A stretch of 63,218 nucleotides of DNA, filler included, from Octopus bimaculoides (GCF_001194135.2; 6 parts of 5 records of this genome joined end to end with filler, not necessarily neighbours in it), one strand, 5' to 3'. Shown: positions 13,389 to 26,940, counted from the first letter of the whole stretch. Made by a program: numbers and translations. Notes: generated from the sequence alone by a model not told the origin.

Positions 13389-15689
13389 ATACTTCTGTGC
13401 CTCTCCAAACAATCCCTAGGACCTGCATTCCGGTGAAGCCCATCCAAACTAGACCCTAGTGATTGCAGTCACCTGGACAAGAAGACCTTTTTTTTTTTAC
13501 ATGCCTTCTGGCTGCTTGAAGTTTTGAAATGCTACTGTTGCTGATATTATTGCTGACAGTTGCATCTCAGAAGCTGCAATTCACTCGTTGAGTACTGCAA
13601 CAAGAGCCAAGAAAAGCAAGTGGTGCAAGTACATGCTGCTCGACACATTTTTGAACTGGTGGTGATGGTAACACCTGTTGTCACTGGTAAATTGATATGG
13701 GTTTTTTTTTATTCTTGCCAGTGGAACAATTCATAGTTGAAGCAACAGTTGAAGTGGCTGCTACTTAATGGGTGTGGTTATGAATTGATTCAGCAATTAC
13801 TTGTGACAGTGCTTTGTGAGTTAGTGCTCTGTTGGATAAAGAAAGCAGAAGAAAAACAAAGAATAGGAAACATGAAAATAAAAGGGAGGGGGGAAAAAAA
13901 AAAGAATATTTTTCAGACTACTTCCGCTGTGTCCTAGAAATTTACAGAAAATTGCTATTTAGTTTCAAAAAAAAAGAAATTAGTATTGATTGCTATCTGC
14001 CCTTGGAGAAAAGCTTGAACTATATTTCATGTCATTTCTATTCACTATTTCTCTCTCAAAAATGTAAGTCTATGTAGGAAGCTGTTATCTTATTTTATAG
14101 GTTATTGCACCAGCTAACTCTGAGCTAGTGACCCCATAAAAGAAGGCTAAGCTAGGAACTTCACTGCCTCAGACACCAGTTAACTAGTTTTATTATTTTT
14201 TTCTTTATTTACTGCTACTGACTACTAAGTTGTCTCTTTTTTGTATTCTTCTCTTCCTCCTCTGAAGTGGGAGAGAGAAAGAGAGAAGAGAGACTGAATT
14301 AATTTCCCCAACAGAATTTTCTTCCTCAATCTAATATCAACCCTACTTGTTCTACTACTTGCCAGAGTTGGTAACAACTATGTTTGTTCAGTACCCCCAT
14401 CTGTTTATTGTAAGAGTGAAAGCCAGCTTAGTTGTCAAGTAATATTTATGTCTACATTCACTTGACAACATTCTTTATGGCTGCTTTACTTGCTATAACA
14501 TAATAATTGATCTTTGTATTCTTGGAAATACTTGGAATCAAAATAACTTGATTAGCTCCATCTGGATCGATAGTAGAAGTTAGTTATGGCTGGTTATATA
14601 TGTGAAGTTGTGAAGGGGATCATAATAATGTTAGTATCACAAGAAAATTTTAATACTTCAAGTGGGGGCACCTTCCATTCTCTGTAGAAGGCCCCAGTTT
14701 GGAATGTTGAAATTTCTTCTGACACTAACATTATACATTCTCTCAATGTTGTATTAAATCTTACTCAAACCACCACCACCACCACCACTATTCTCCTTAA
14801 ATTCTTGTTTGACCAAACAATGTTGACACAGTTTGACTGCTATTTCATTTGGCTATGAAGCTTCAATTTGATCATAGTGTGAAAGATCTTTTGTATTCTG
14901 TTCACTAAATTTTGCTATTAAATAGCACTCTAGTTTTGACATGTTTCAAAAGAGAAATCCTCATTGTTTTAACAGCAGCAGCATCATCCACCCATCCACA
15001 TCATCAACAGTATTTCTCAGATGTTATCTATTAATAGCAAGTAAACTGTCACAGTGCTTTCTAGAATATACTTCTGGTTTTCACATTGTTTATTTACTCT
15101 GTCTGGTATGTTCATGTCAACTAGGGTGGTTGCTCAATGTGCTAGAAATAGCTGCCAAATCTTTAAATCATCTGGTATGGTTTTTAAAAACGGTGGTGAG
15201 GAAGGACACATTTGCAAAGTAAATGTGCAGATATTATGTCTGCTGGTTTATTTGAAATTAGTCTTAGTCTTCTATTAAAATTTCATTCATAACTTTGATG
15301 CTTTGAAGGAATATCAAATTGAGCCTAGTACGTTTGTTTTTTTGTTTTGTTTACTATTACATTGTCATGATAGGGAGAGAATTGTCCATGATCTTTTCCA
15401 AGGCTCATGAGAATGATGGAGGGAAAGAATAAAGCTCTCCTCAGAAAGATGGCCATAATACTTGCAATAGTAGACACTGTTATTCCAAGGGTCCAGTACT
15501 TTGGTTCACTGACCTTGGCAAGACTTGAGCTCGGAATGTAAAAGACCATACTGCAAGCATTCTACATATCCATTGCTTGTGACATATTTATCATTTTATT
15601 ATCACTTCAACTTTCACTTCTCCATGTTTGTATGGCTGACACTCTCAGCTATCATGTGATATTAAGACAAGGACACCCACCCAGGCACA

Positions 15690-15835
15690 CACACACACAC
15701 ACATACACTTTCTCACACACATGATGGGCTTTTTTCAGTTTCTATCTACCATATCCACTCACAGGGCTTTGGTCAGCCTAGGGCTATAGTAGAAGACACT
15801 GGTTTCAGGTGACACACAATGGCAACGCACCTGGA
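15690..15835 (-). mobile_element. SINE family 1 fragment
   Basis: 'ccactcacagggctttggtcagcctagggctatagtagaagacac' matches the family core. Confidence 0.75.
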
Positions 15836-16459
15836 ATCTCATACCATCTCTTATTTGTTTTCAAGTATTCAATGGTTACTATTTTGTTTCCTGCATATTT
15901 AGAACAATGAGGAGTCACAGCTGGCTGATTGGAGGTTCTACTGAAACGGTGACCTTGCACAACTAGGTTTCTATATAGTTGTCATACAGGTAATGCATAT
16001 TCTGGTTGTATAGAATACTGTATATTTGACTAGAACTTCATTAGTTTGTGTTAGCTCAACTTAAAACTGTTCTTGTTTTTACTCTTGAATCACTACATAA
16101 AGACCAGACTTAAGTTAGTATCTTGATCATCCAGTGGCGCCCAGGATATAACTTTATCTTGATTAGGGACATTTTTTTTTATATTGTTGACTGCTAGATA
16201 TCCCTGCTATTAATATTAGTTTTGACATCAAACTGTGACCACAAACTTACAAATATTTAAGCTTTGAGAGCATTTCTGATTATTTCCATCATCATAGGGG
16301 TTGCTTTTCTTAGGAATGATACATACAATTCCATGTTGATGTCGGAATAGACAATTGACAAGTCCCTTAACCCCATGGGGTTTGTTGGGGTACTGCAGCC
16401 ATGCAACGTATCTGGAGTGAGGAAGCCTGGCAGAGCCCATCCCTCCCTAGGTTAAACTA

Positions 16460-16735
16460 ATTTTTACAGTTGAGTGAACTGGAGTAACTTGAAATGAAGT
16501 GTTTTGTTCAAGAACACAATGGATCGCCCAGTCCAGGGATCGAAACCACAATCTTTCATGAATCCAACACCCTAACCACTAAGCGGCATGCCTCCACTAG
16601 TGGCACTCATTTCTATAGCTGAATAGACTGGAACAATGTAAAGTGTTTTACTCAGGTACACATCTCCCAGTCCAGGAATCAAACCACAGTCTTATGATTG
16701 TAAGTCCAACACCTTAACCACTAAGCCATGTGACT
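16460..16735 (-). mobile_element. Two tandem heads of a CORE-like tRNA SINE
   Basis: Duplicated motif 'ccagtccagg(g/a)atc(g)aaaccaca...ccaacacc(c/t)taaccactaagc' at ~16530-16590 and ~16668-16727. Confidence 0.6.
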
Positions 16736-16769
16736 TGGAATAGGGATAGCTAAGTGGCTTAAAGAGCTT

Positions 16770-17153
16770 TTGTGTTAGTGGTTTAGAAACTTTCTTCTTT
16801 ACTACATAGTCTCGAGTTCAGTCCCACTGCATGGCACCTTGGGCAAGTGTCTTCTACTATATAGCCTTGGGCCAACCAATGCTTTGTGAATGGATTTGGT
16901 GGGCGAAACATAAAAAAAGCCTGTCATATATGTGTGAATGTGTCTTTGTGCTTGTCCCTCACCGCTACTTGACAATCTTTGTGGGTTTGTTTATGTCCCC
17001 ATAAATTAGCAGTTTGGCAAAAGAGATCAATAGAATGAGTATATAGTTTGAAAAAAAGAAAAAAAGTATTGTATGGTCAGTTTCATCAACTAAATATTTT
17101 AAGATGGTACCCTAGCATACCTGCAGTCTAGTGACTGAAACAAGTAAAACAAG
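16770..17153 (+). mobile_element. SINE family 1, diverged copy
   Basis: Core 'gttcagtcccactgcatggcaccttgggcaagtgtcttctac' and tail 'gtgactgaaacaagtaaaac'. Confidence 0.85.
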
Positions 17154-17715
17154 ATAGTGCCTACTCAAAAGCACAATGTTATAGAATGGCAGATTAGATT
17201 CTGTCACATGTGCTCAGTTTTGAACTTGACACCTAGTGAGGTGTGAGGGTGGAAAGGAGTTCAGTAAAATGTTTGTTGTTGCTTAGTCCAAAGTCAACCC
17301 TGGTCAGGTTGACCTATAATTCAGAGATGTTCCAGTTATGACCATTCCATCTTTTGTATATCTTTTGTGTTCTTTCTTTCTTTCTTTCTTAAAATGCTCA
17401 GGTATTTGAGAAAGATTTAGCTGCTATATCTTGTTAGGTGGTTGGTGTTAGGAAGGGTATCCAGCCATAAAATTCACACCAAAACAGACACTAAAGCCTG
17501 GTGAATTCCTCTAGATGGCAGCTCCTGTCAAACAGTCCAATCGTACTTTAAGTACGATGTACAGCTTGAACAGATTTCACAGTAGACTTCACCTCAGAGC
17601 AATATACGCTTTTGAGTCCTCTTAAATTGCTTTTAACCCTCTCGAACATGGGTCCCTGTGTCTAACTTTTGCCCTCCACCTGGTCCCTGAGCAAAAAAGT
17701 AAATAGTTGCATATA

Positions 17716-18120
17716 GGTGCATGAGTGGCTGTGTGGTAAGTAGCTTACTTCCCAACCACATGGTTCTGGGTTCAGTTCCATTGCATGGCACCCTAGGCAA
17801 GTGTCTTCTACTATAGCCTCGGGCTGACCAAAACCTTGTGAGTGGATTTGGTAGATGGAAACTGAAAGAAGCCCATCGTATGTGTATTTGTATCTATATA
17901 TGTATATGTGTATATGTTTGTGTGTCTGTGTTTGTCCCCCCCCCCCCAAATCACTTGACAACCGATGTTGGTGAGTTTACATCCCCGTAACTTAGCAGTT
18001 CAGCAAAAGACCAATAAAATAAGTACTAGGGTTACAAAGAATAAGTCCTGTGGTCAGTTTGCTCGACTAAAGGTGGTGCTCCAGCATGGCCACTGTCAAA
18101 TGACTGAAACGAGTAAAAGA
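17716..18120 (+). mobile_element. SINE family 1, near full length
   Basis: Colinear with 12986-13388. Confidence 0.9.
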
Positions 18121-18329
18121 AAGCATGAAAGAAATACAGCCCAAGAGTAACGATGGCAGGCAAACTAATGAATAGAACCAGCTGCATCTTCTGTGTCTAT
18201 GTGTGTTGTTCATCATTGCCTTGCTGGGAATTTGGCAAAGATGACATTTAACCTATTTCTGCGATAGCAAGAACACAGCATGACAGGGTTAAGTCTAATT
18301 GAACCTACTGATGTAATTTTCAGGCCTTT

Positions 18330-18610
18330 GCGCCTTGGTTAGGAGCAAAGGCCACTCTATAGCAATTTCCACCTCATTTTAAAAGCCATTGTATAGTGCT
18401 CATGCTACCTCCACACTGGTCGTCCTGTCCCATTCATTTGTTCTAATGTCAACCCTACCTCCATTTCCTGTACTAATCGCTATGCCCAGTCCTTTCTTCC
18501 TTGGAAAAGTTGGCCCTCTGGAATTCCCTCCCCTCCTCATCTCTTTCCTGTTGCTGTTAACTTGAAAAGGTTCAAGAGGAACATTAATGATGTAAATCTA
18601 TATCACTGAC
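18330..18610 (+). mobile_element. CR1/L2-type LINE 3' end fragment
   Basis: Reads RYAQSFLP..., then (L)WNSLP and 'NLKRFKRNIN' across frameshifts, typical of CR1/L2 ORF2 C-termini. Confidence 0.5.
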
Positions 18611-18729
18611 CTATGTGAAGTCAATAAAGGTCATGCACATTATCTTACTTCCAGATTTAGCAAATAAAAATGAACTGGTTGTTTGGCTTACAAGAAATAG
18701 CAGTCAAATTTCTGATTTTCTCATACCTT

Positions 18730-19060
18730 TCATCTCATCTTCTGCGCCCACTTACATGTGAGGGGGTCATCAAGGAAGACTTCTCAAGCATGCCTTCCAT
18801 CAGGTCCAACCTTGTGCAACTGCCTCCAATTGATCTGGCTGGATCCCCAACACAGACCAACCGAGCTCATGGATGTTATCCAGCCATCTATCTTGCAGTC
18901 TTGCTCTCAGTTTTCTGCTATTTATCTTTTACCTGTAAAGTCTGTCCAGCAATTCTTTCCTGAGATATTCTTATCACAGGTCTGTAGTATCATATCTGTT
19001 GGTCTCTCAGTTCAGAGAAGTGGTGGCTCTACTTGGAATGCCTTCTTGATCGTCAAGCTC
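18730..19060 (-). mobile_element. RTE-clade (Expander/Rex3-like) LINE, 5'-truncated 3' fragment
   Basis: Minus strand reads VEPPLL.TER, VIRISQERIA and RLQDRWLDNIHELGWSVLGIQPDQLEAVAQ across frameshifts. It ends in 'gcgcagaagatgagatga' and is flanked by the 16-bp direct repeat gattttctcatacctt (18714, 19148). Confidence 0.7.
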
Positions 19061-20176
19061 TTCCTCCTTTTTTTCTATATCAATGACTAAATCGTTTGAA
19101 CATGTCCTTCCCTTTTTTTTAAGCTGGTATGGTATGAGAAAATTGGAGATTTTCTCATACCTTATCAGCTGAAAAAAGGAAGGACAGATTGAACAATTTA
19201 GTCATTGATATAAAAAAAAAGGCAGGTGATCATAGGTTGTCTGTTTGGATGATCACTGACTTGGGGCTATGCAATGACAACCACCCCATTCTAACATACT
19301 TTGGAGAATACTCATAACTCAATCAAACATGCAGTAAATTATTATTTACAGTAACCAAGTTGTTTTATTTCGTTTACTAAAGGACAATAGCTTTGACTAA
19401 ATAACTGAAATATTAACCATTTTTTTTTATTGTCTCTATTCTGTCTGTATGTGAAAGAGAGTTCTTCAGCTCTTAAAAAAAAATTTTGAAGTTCAAAATT
19501 CTTTCAAAAACAACAGTAGCATCATCATAAATAGCACCACCACCACCACCTGCTTCAGGAAGGATTGGTTCTGTTTTGGTTGGTAAGAACTTCATACTGT
19601 GCTTGTGTATATATGTGTGTGTGTGTGTTTGTAGACAGTGTGGGAGAGTTGTAATGCTATTTCAAGCAGCCTGACTGGGAAACAACACTTCATAAATTTA
19701 GTGTATTGATACAATGAGCTGTGGATACATCCCAAGGTTAGGGAAAGATAGGTTAGTTCACTTGAAATAGTTATTTGAATGACTCAGTCTGTGATGGTTG
19801 TGGCAGTAGTGGCAGTGGTAACCGTTTAGATAAATAACATAATCAGTGCTGATGATGTGGGCGGTGGTAGTGGGGAGAACTGTCATGTGGTGTGAGAGAG
19901 TCCGTAGTAACCAGGGATTACAATACTGGTTTACTATTTACTGTGCCATATGACTAGAAAAAGTTTAGAGGAATTGTATTTTATGACTTTTTCTTTTTTT
20001 CACAAAGGTTATTATGTTTGCATATAGTTAAGTGTACAGTTATTCTAAAGATATTTACAATCTAGTAGACCAATAAAACTATTTCTATGACAGGCTTATA
20101 TTTTGACAATGCCAGTGGTGCCTGTGCTAATAGTCAAATCCTAGCCAATAAGGGGGCCCTCTCATATCATAGCCTT

Positions 20177-20456
20177 CATCATCATCATCATCATCATCGT
20201 TTAACGTCCGCTTTCCATGCTAGCATGGGTTGGACGATTTGACTGAGGACTGGTGAAACCGGATGGCAACACCAGGCTCCAATCTAATTTGGCAGAGTTT
20301 CTACAGCTGGATGCCCTTCCTAACGCCAACCACTGGCACTGGCAACGATCTCACTCGAAAATCCTACGGGAGCCAGTCAGGCGGTACTGGCAACGGCCAC
20401 GCTCAAAATGGTGCATCTCATGTGCCACCCGCACAAGAACCAGTCCAGGGGCACTG
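20177..20456 (-). mobile_element. RTE-related 3' end with (GAT)n tail
   Basis: (CAT)n followed by 'gtttaacgtccgctttccatgctagcatgggttggacg...ggatgcccttcctaacgccaacc'. A related plus-strand fragment lies at ~17440-17545. Confidence 0.6.
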
Positions 20457-20556
20457 NNNNNNNNNNNNNNNNNNNNNNNNNNNNNNNNNNNNNNNNNNNN
20501 TTAATTAATTAANNNNNNNNNNNNNNNNNNNNNNNNNNNNNNNNNNNNNNNNNNNN
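20457..20556. other. Artificial assembly spacer
   Basis: 44 N + TTAATTAATTAA (20501-20512) + 44 N. Confidence 0.95.
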
Positions 20557-20613
20557 ATATATATGCACATATATATATATATATGTATGTATGTATGCAT
20601 GTATGTATGTATG

Positions 20614-20645
<32 letters not shown>

Positions 20646-21929
20646 GGTAAGATTCAAGGGTCAAGGTGTAGGAAGAGAGTAATCTTCGAGCAGTCTGAAG
20701 AAGGAATAAAATTAACTTTCAGGAACAATGGTAGTCTATTGACGTAGAATCTTGTGAATTGTTCTCGTATCTTTGGTCCGACGAGTAGCTAGCGTATTGT
20801 CCCTCGTTTGGATAATTATTACTTCCGAGGTTCTGCTAGCTATAAATCATATGTAGCCTGGATTTTATCTACCCCATTCTATAATTTTGATTATGTCTGT
20901 GTATGTATACATATACGTATATTTACACCTTCCTAAATCAAGTATACGAATTAGTTGAACGAATATCATTATTACTGAAATATATCTCATTTTAGCGTAT
21001 CTGCAAATAAATTTTGTATTTAAGGAGTATGTTCCTTTAAATATACTTGTTATAACTTCTCTGTAAAAAAGAAAAGAAAAAAAAGAAAAAAAACAAAGAA
21101 ATCACAGTTGCATTTAAAGTGTAGAAATCTAAAAAACTGTTTGTCCCTTGATGGAGCTAATTCGAAACTCCTTTTTATATTTTGTTAGGATCTTTCAAGT
21201 TAGGATCGATCGTAATTATATTTAAAAAAATAGATTTTATGATATAGCATGTTGTCTTCTGTGCTACGTTATAAGATGGCAGTTAACTTTAAACCGGCTT
21301 GCTAGTATAGAAAAAATTCCCCCCTCTTTAAACTATAGCAATGAGAATGTGACGATCAAAATGATGTTGATTATATTGACGATATCGAAAGATTGCTGTC
21401 CAGCATAATGAAGTTTGTCGGATTTAATTTCAAAGAAATATAAACTGCTATTTCTAATACAATCAGAGTTCAACCAAGTAGATATTCTCACGTTATCTTG
21501 CAATTGTTAAGACACTACTGTTGTTATTCATGATGGTCATAACGATGGTGTGTGTGCTTGCTGGCGTTCGCGTTGACGCTCACAGCGATGGTATTGTATA
21601 TATTGTTCTTCAAATCATTCTAGAATAATAACCAACGGCGCAATGGATTAACTGTTATTTACTTCCCTATTGAGACCGTCTCTGTTTTGGCTGTGAGCAA
21701 GCACAGCCCAATTTCACATAAAAGTTGAATTAATTGCCAATAAGAACATTTAGAATTTCTAGTATCAGTGTCGTTTTAGCCCCTTATATGCTTTTTTTTT
21801 ATTCACCAGAGGCGAAATCGTTTTAGACTACAATAAATATGTACATGTGTGGAGTTATGTAAATTTATGTGTGTATATATGTATGCACATCTGTCACTGT
21901 GTTTGTCTATCTATCCACCTATCTATCTG

Positions 21930-22066
21930 TTAGGGTTAGGGTTAGGGTTAGGGTTAGGGCTAGGGCTTGGGCTAGAGTTAGGGTTAGGGTTAGGGTTAGG
22001 GTTAGGGCTAGGGCTAGAGCTAGGGCTAGGGCTAGGGCTAGGACTAGGGTTAGGGCTAGGGTTAGG
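21930..22066 (+). repeat. Interstitial telomeric array (TTAGGG)n with CTAGGG/CTAGAG/CTTGGG/CTAGGA variants, 23 hexamer units
   Basis: Direct reading: 11 exact TTAGGG units, 11 variant units and a terminal TTAGG. Confidence 0.95.
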
Positions 22067-22730
22067 TTTTGTCGACACTCACACTACAGTCGGACAAACT
22101 AATCCTAATTCCGACCTACCTTGGGCAACGTGTGACCAAAGTTTCAATAAGGAATATCCCTCCTGAAATAGAGGCACAATGGCTTTTGTCCGCCATTTGC
22201 TACCGCATGGATTAGGACTTCAACATCCTCGGGTATGCCACTTATCAGGAACTAAAATGGTCCGGAAAAAGGATTGAAGTATTGCTCCATATCAACGAGA
22301 ATCAAATAAACAACATCCCACACCATATTGATATGCCAGACGGCCATAATCTCTATCTAGTGGTAGAAGGTAGGAGGCCTCGCTGCTACCTGTGTGGCAG
22401 AGAAGGGCACCTCCGAACTAACTGCCCAACAACAAAGAAAAATCAACAACAGCAAGAACAACAACCACAACAAGGAAAGAGTACAAGGAAAAAGGAACCT
22501 TTACTACCCACACCACTATTAACACAGAAAATAAGCAATGGGAGTAAAACAAAAGAAACACATCCACCAACACCAACAAATGAACATACAACAGCATCTG
22601 GAAAAACACCTACAACAACAAGAACTAAAGAAACAGTAAAACCAAAAGACAATACAAAAACCGATCCCCCTTCCCACACGTCATATACACCACAACCAGA
22701 CAGTCAACAACCAACAACAACAAAAACAAC
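22067..22730 (+). mobile_element. Tx1/L1-type LINE ORF1 (gag-like, CCHC zinc knuckle), 5'-truncated, one in-frame stop
   Basis: One frame reads ...LILIPTYLGQRVTKVSIRNIPPEIEAQWLL...(TAG at 22213)...LVVEGRRPRCYLCGREGHLRTNCP (CX2CX4HX4C), followed by a Q/T/P-rich low-complexity tail. Confidence 0.8.
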
Positions 22731-23721
22731 NNNNNNNNNNNNNNNNNNNNNNNNNNNNNNNNNNNNNNNNNNNNNNNNNNNNNNNNNNNNNNNNNNNNNN
22801 NNNNNNNNNNNNNNNNNNNNNNNNNNNNNNNNNNNNNNNNNNNNNNNNNNNNNNNNNNNNNNNNNNNNNNNNNNNNNNNNNNNNNNNNNNNNNNNNNNNN
22901 NNNNNNNNNNNNNNNNNNNNNNNNNNNNNNNNNNNNNNNNNNNNNNNNNNNNNNNNNNNNNNNNNNNNNNNNNNNNNNNNNNNNNNNNNNNNNNNNNNNN
23001 NNNNNNNNNNNNNNNNNNNNNNNNNNNNNNNNNNNNNNNNNNNNNNNNNNNNNNNNNNNNNNNNNNNNNNNNNNNNNNNNNNNNNNNNNNNNNNNNNNNN
23101 NNNNNNNNNNNNNNNNNNNNNNNNNNNNNNNNNNNNNNNNNNNNNNNNNNNNNNNNNNNNNNNNNNNNNNNNNNNNNNNNNNNNNNNNNNNNNNNNNNNN
23201 NNNNNNNNNNNNNNNNNNNNNNNNNNNNNNNNNNNNNNNNNNNNNNNNNNNNNNNNNNNNNNNNNNNNNNNNNNNNNNNNNNNNNNNNNNNNNNNNNNNN
23301 NNNNNNNNNNNNNNNNNNNNNNNNNNNNNNNNNNNNNNNNNNNNNNNNNNNNNNNNNNNNNNNNNNNNNNNNNNNNNNNNNNNNNNNNNNNNNNNNNNNN
23401 NNNNNNNNNNNNNNNNNNNNNNNNNNNNNNNNNNNNNNNNNNNNNNNNNNNNNNNNNNNNNNNNNNNNNNNNNNNNNNNNNNNNNNNNNNNNNNNNNNNN
23501 NNNNNNNNNNNNNNNNNNNNNNNNNNNNNNNNNNNNNNNNNNNNNNNNNNNNNNNNNNNNNNNNNNNNNNNNNNNNNNNNNNNNNNNNNNNNNNNNNNNN
23601 NNNNNNNNNNNNNNNNNNNNNNNNNNNNNNNNNNNNNNNNNNNNNNNNNNNNNNNNNNNNNNNNNNNNNNNNNNNNNNNNNNNNNNNNNNNNNNNNNNNN
23701 NNNNNNNNNNNNNNNNNNNNN

Positions 23722-23875
23722 GATCTCGAAGTAAAGACTGTATTCATAGACCCGGAGGGTAGATTGGTTGTTCTGGGTGTCGATGGCAGCGATAGGTGTG
23801 CTTTTCGACTCATATCAGTATACGCACCACCTTTAACAGGTAGGCCAGATTTCTTTCGACGTCTAGAAGTATTCC
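23722..23875 (+). mobile_element. Tx1/L1-type LINE ORF2 APE endonuclease fragment
   Basis: DLEVKTVFIDPEGRLVVLGVDGSDRCAFRLISVYAPPLTGRPDFFRRLEVFL ('D.EGR' and 'VYAP' motifs). Linkage to the ORF1 upstream is across an N gap. Confidence 0.8.
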
Positions 23876-23897
23876 TACTTCATAAATCCCACTACTT

Positions 23898-24416
<519 letters not shown>

Positions 24417-25814
24417 GTACACCCACTTGTATATATGTATGTGTACATCTATGCATGTATGTATATTTCACTGCTCACAAATGCATAGAGGTCTTCTTAT
24501 GGGTTTACTCCTTCAAGCAGCTTGTTACTCGGTCGCGAAACATGCACATAAATTTACAGGGCTATTTAGGAGTCTTCATTTCTCTCTCTTTCCCTCTTTG
24601 TCTCCCTCTGTTTCTCTCCCACTCCCTCTCACAATCTTTCTCTTTCTGTCTTATTCTTCAAGTAATTTAACCAAATTGCTGCGTTAAAGTTTGCATATAT
24701 TGTTCTTGCTGCTATGACCACACTCTCCATCACTATAATTAGATTCGATATATTTGCCTTATTAATGTGAAGAATACATGAGCTGAGACCAAACTCTCTC
24801 AGCTTCAGCTTTTACCGTGTACTGGAGCAGCAAGTTAAAGTTGATCAGCTGTACCCAACAATTAGACAGAAGAACGAGGCTAGCAATTATCAAGTTCAAA
24901 CAGGGTATGTAAACGTCAGTATAATTACCATTCATTTCTATGGATATTTTGCTTTGATTCAAAAGAAGATAAATTACAGATCGGAAAATATAATCAGGGT
25001 GTTTGATAGGCAATATAAGGATAAAATCGATTATTCTCATACTCTTTTCGAATTAATTGTTTGTGCCCATGTTTCAAAGAATCTGTGTGATAATTATGAT
25101 TCCTTATACATTCAATGCTAATAAATACAATTTACTTTAAATGTCACATCTATGACTCACGTTAAGCTGAAGTTCTGCCAAAAGAACTCCAAGATTTGTG
25201 TACTCAACTATATATATCAATTGAACATTTTCTATTTTAATAGCGTATGTTAATGGATATTTTGGAAGCTGCCTGAAAGTGTAGGAACCACAATACGTGT
25301 ACATATACACAGACACAGGTACATTCAGAAATACACACACACGTACACACACACACACACGTGTGTGTAGCCACTTGCTAACAACTTTTTCTGTCTTCTA
25401 TGGCTGAATACCTAAGCTTTCTCGACTGTTTTCACAGCTATGCTGCATTCGAAATTTACTTTCTTGGTCTGTAAAATACCAATACTCTGTGCGCTTCTAA
25501 AATTCGTTTATAATACATATATACATATATATATGTGTGTGTTTGTGTCTGTATGTGAAGTGTGTATGTGTGTGCATATGTTTGTGTGTGTGTGTATGTA
25601 GACATTTCGTAGAACTGTCTAATGATAATGAAATAATCAATGCACGAAGTATTTTTTTTAAAAATTATGTAACACATTAACACATCGTCCCATGGCTAAG
25701 CGGTATTTCTGGACTGTGGCATTTGTTTATAACTTTATGCAAATTTATGTAAAAATCTAGCTTGCTTTTCTCCTTCTAACTCAAACATACACCATGTGCC
25801 TACAGGAAGAGATG

Positions 25815-25817
<3 letters not shown>

Positions 25818-25873
<56 letters not shown>
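25818..25873. repeat. (GA)n microsatellite
   Basis: Direct reading. Confidence 0.95.
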
Positions 25874-26586
25874 TGGGTATAGAAAATTATATGGAGAGAC
25901 AGAGAAAGGGAGGCATGAAATAGTCCGATAAGATTATGAATTTAGATGAAGATCATCTACAATGGTATTACAAAGCAGGTAATAAATCTGAATTATTGTG
26001 TACTAACAGTTTAAATTGCTGACTATGTGTACATACGAATCTCAATATTATATCTACATTCGGTCTTGAATTATATGCGATAGCTTTCATTACATTTCTC
26101 ACGATGTAACCAACAATGTTTGCTTTCAGTTTTGTCCAGATCGTATTTCCAATACTATTAAAAGAAAAAAAATGTGCACTTATAGTTGCTTACCATATCA
26201 AAGAGTAAGAAAAACAAGTCTAATTGCCAAAACAAAACCAAAACTCAGAGGAAAATGAAAAGCTAAATTCTAGACATAAGTAATATCTTTAGTAAAACGA
26301 TTATTTGAATGAAAATATTCAGGAGGTAAGTCATGATAAGGGAAAGTCTATTACTACGAGGAGAATTAAGTATGATTTTCCGTTACTGCTGGAAAGAGAA
26401 GAATTGATGTTAATGCAACAACGTTATTTCACTATAGAAATAGCTGAAGGACTAGCAATTTGTTATCATTATAACAGAATTAGTTACGGTAAAAAGTTGG
26501 TAGTGATGAGGTACAGAGATTTAATGGAAAACACATTAAACTTCTTTCTTTCCGAATATATTTGTATATAGTCATGTATAGATATA

Positions 26587-26940
<354 letters not shown>

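Noticed and set aside
15325-15549. Hydrophobic 74-aa ORF as a transmembrane exon
   Set aside because: No recognisable homology and only a weak acceptor; needs RNA-seq evidence.
20690-20750. CTGAAGA followed by a possible hammerhead
   Set aside because: No GAAA box in register and no convincing stem I or stem II.
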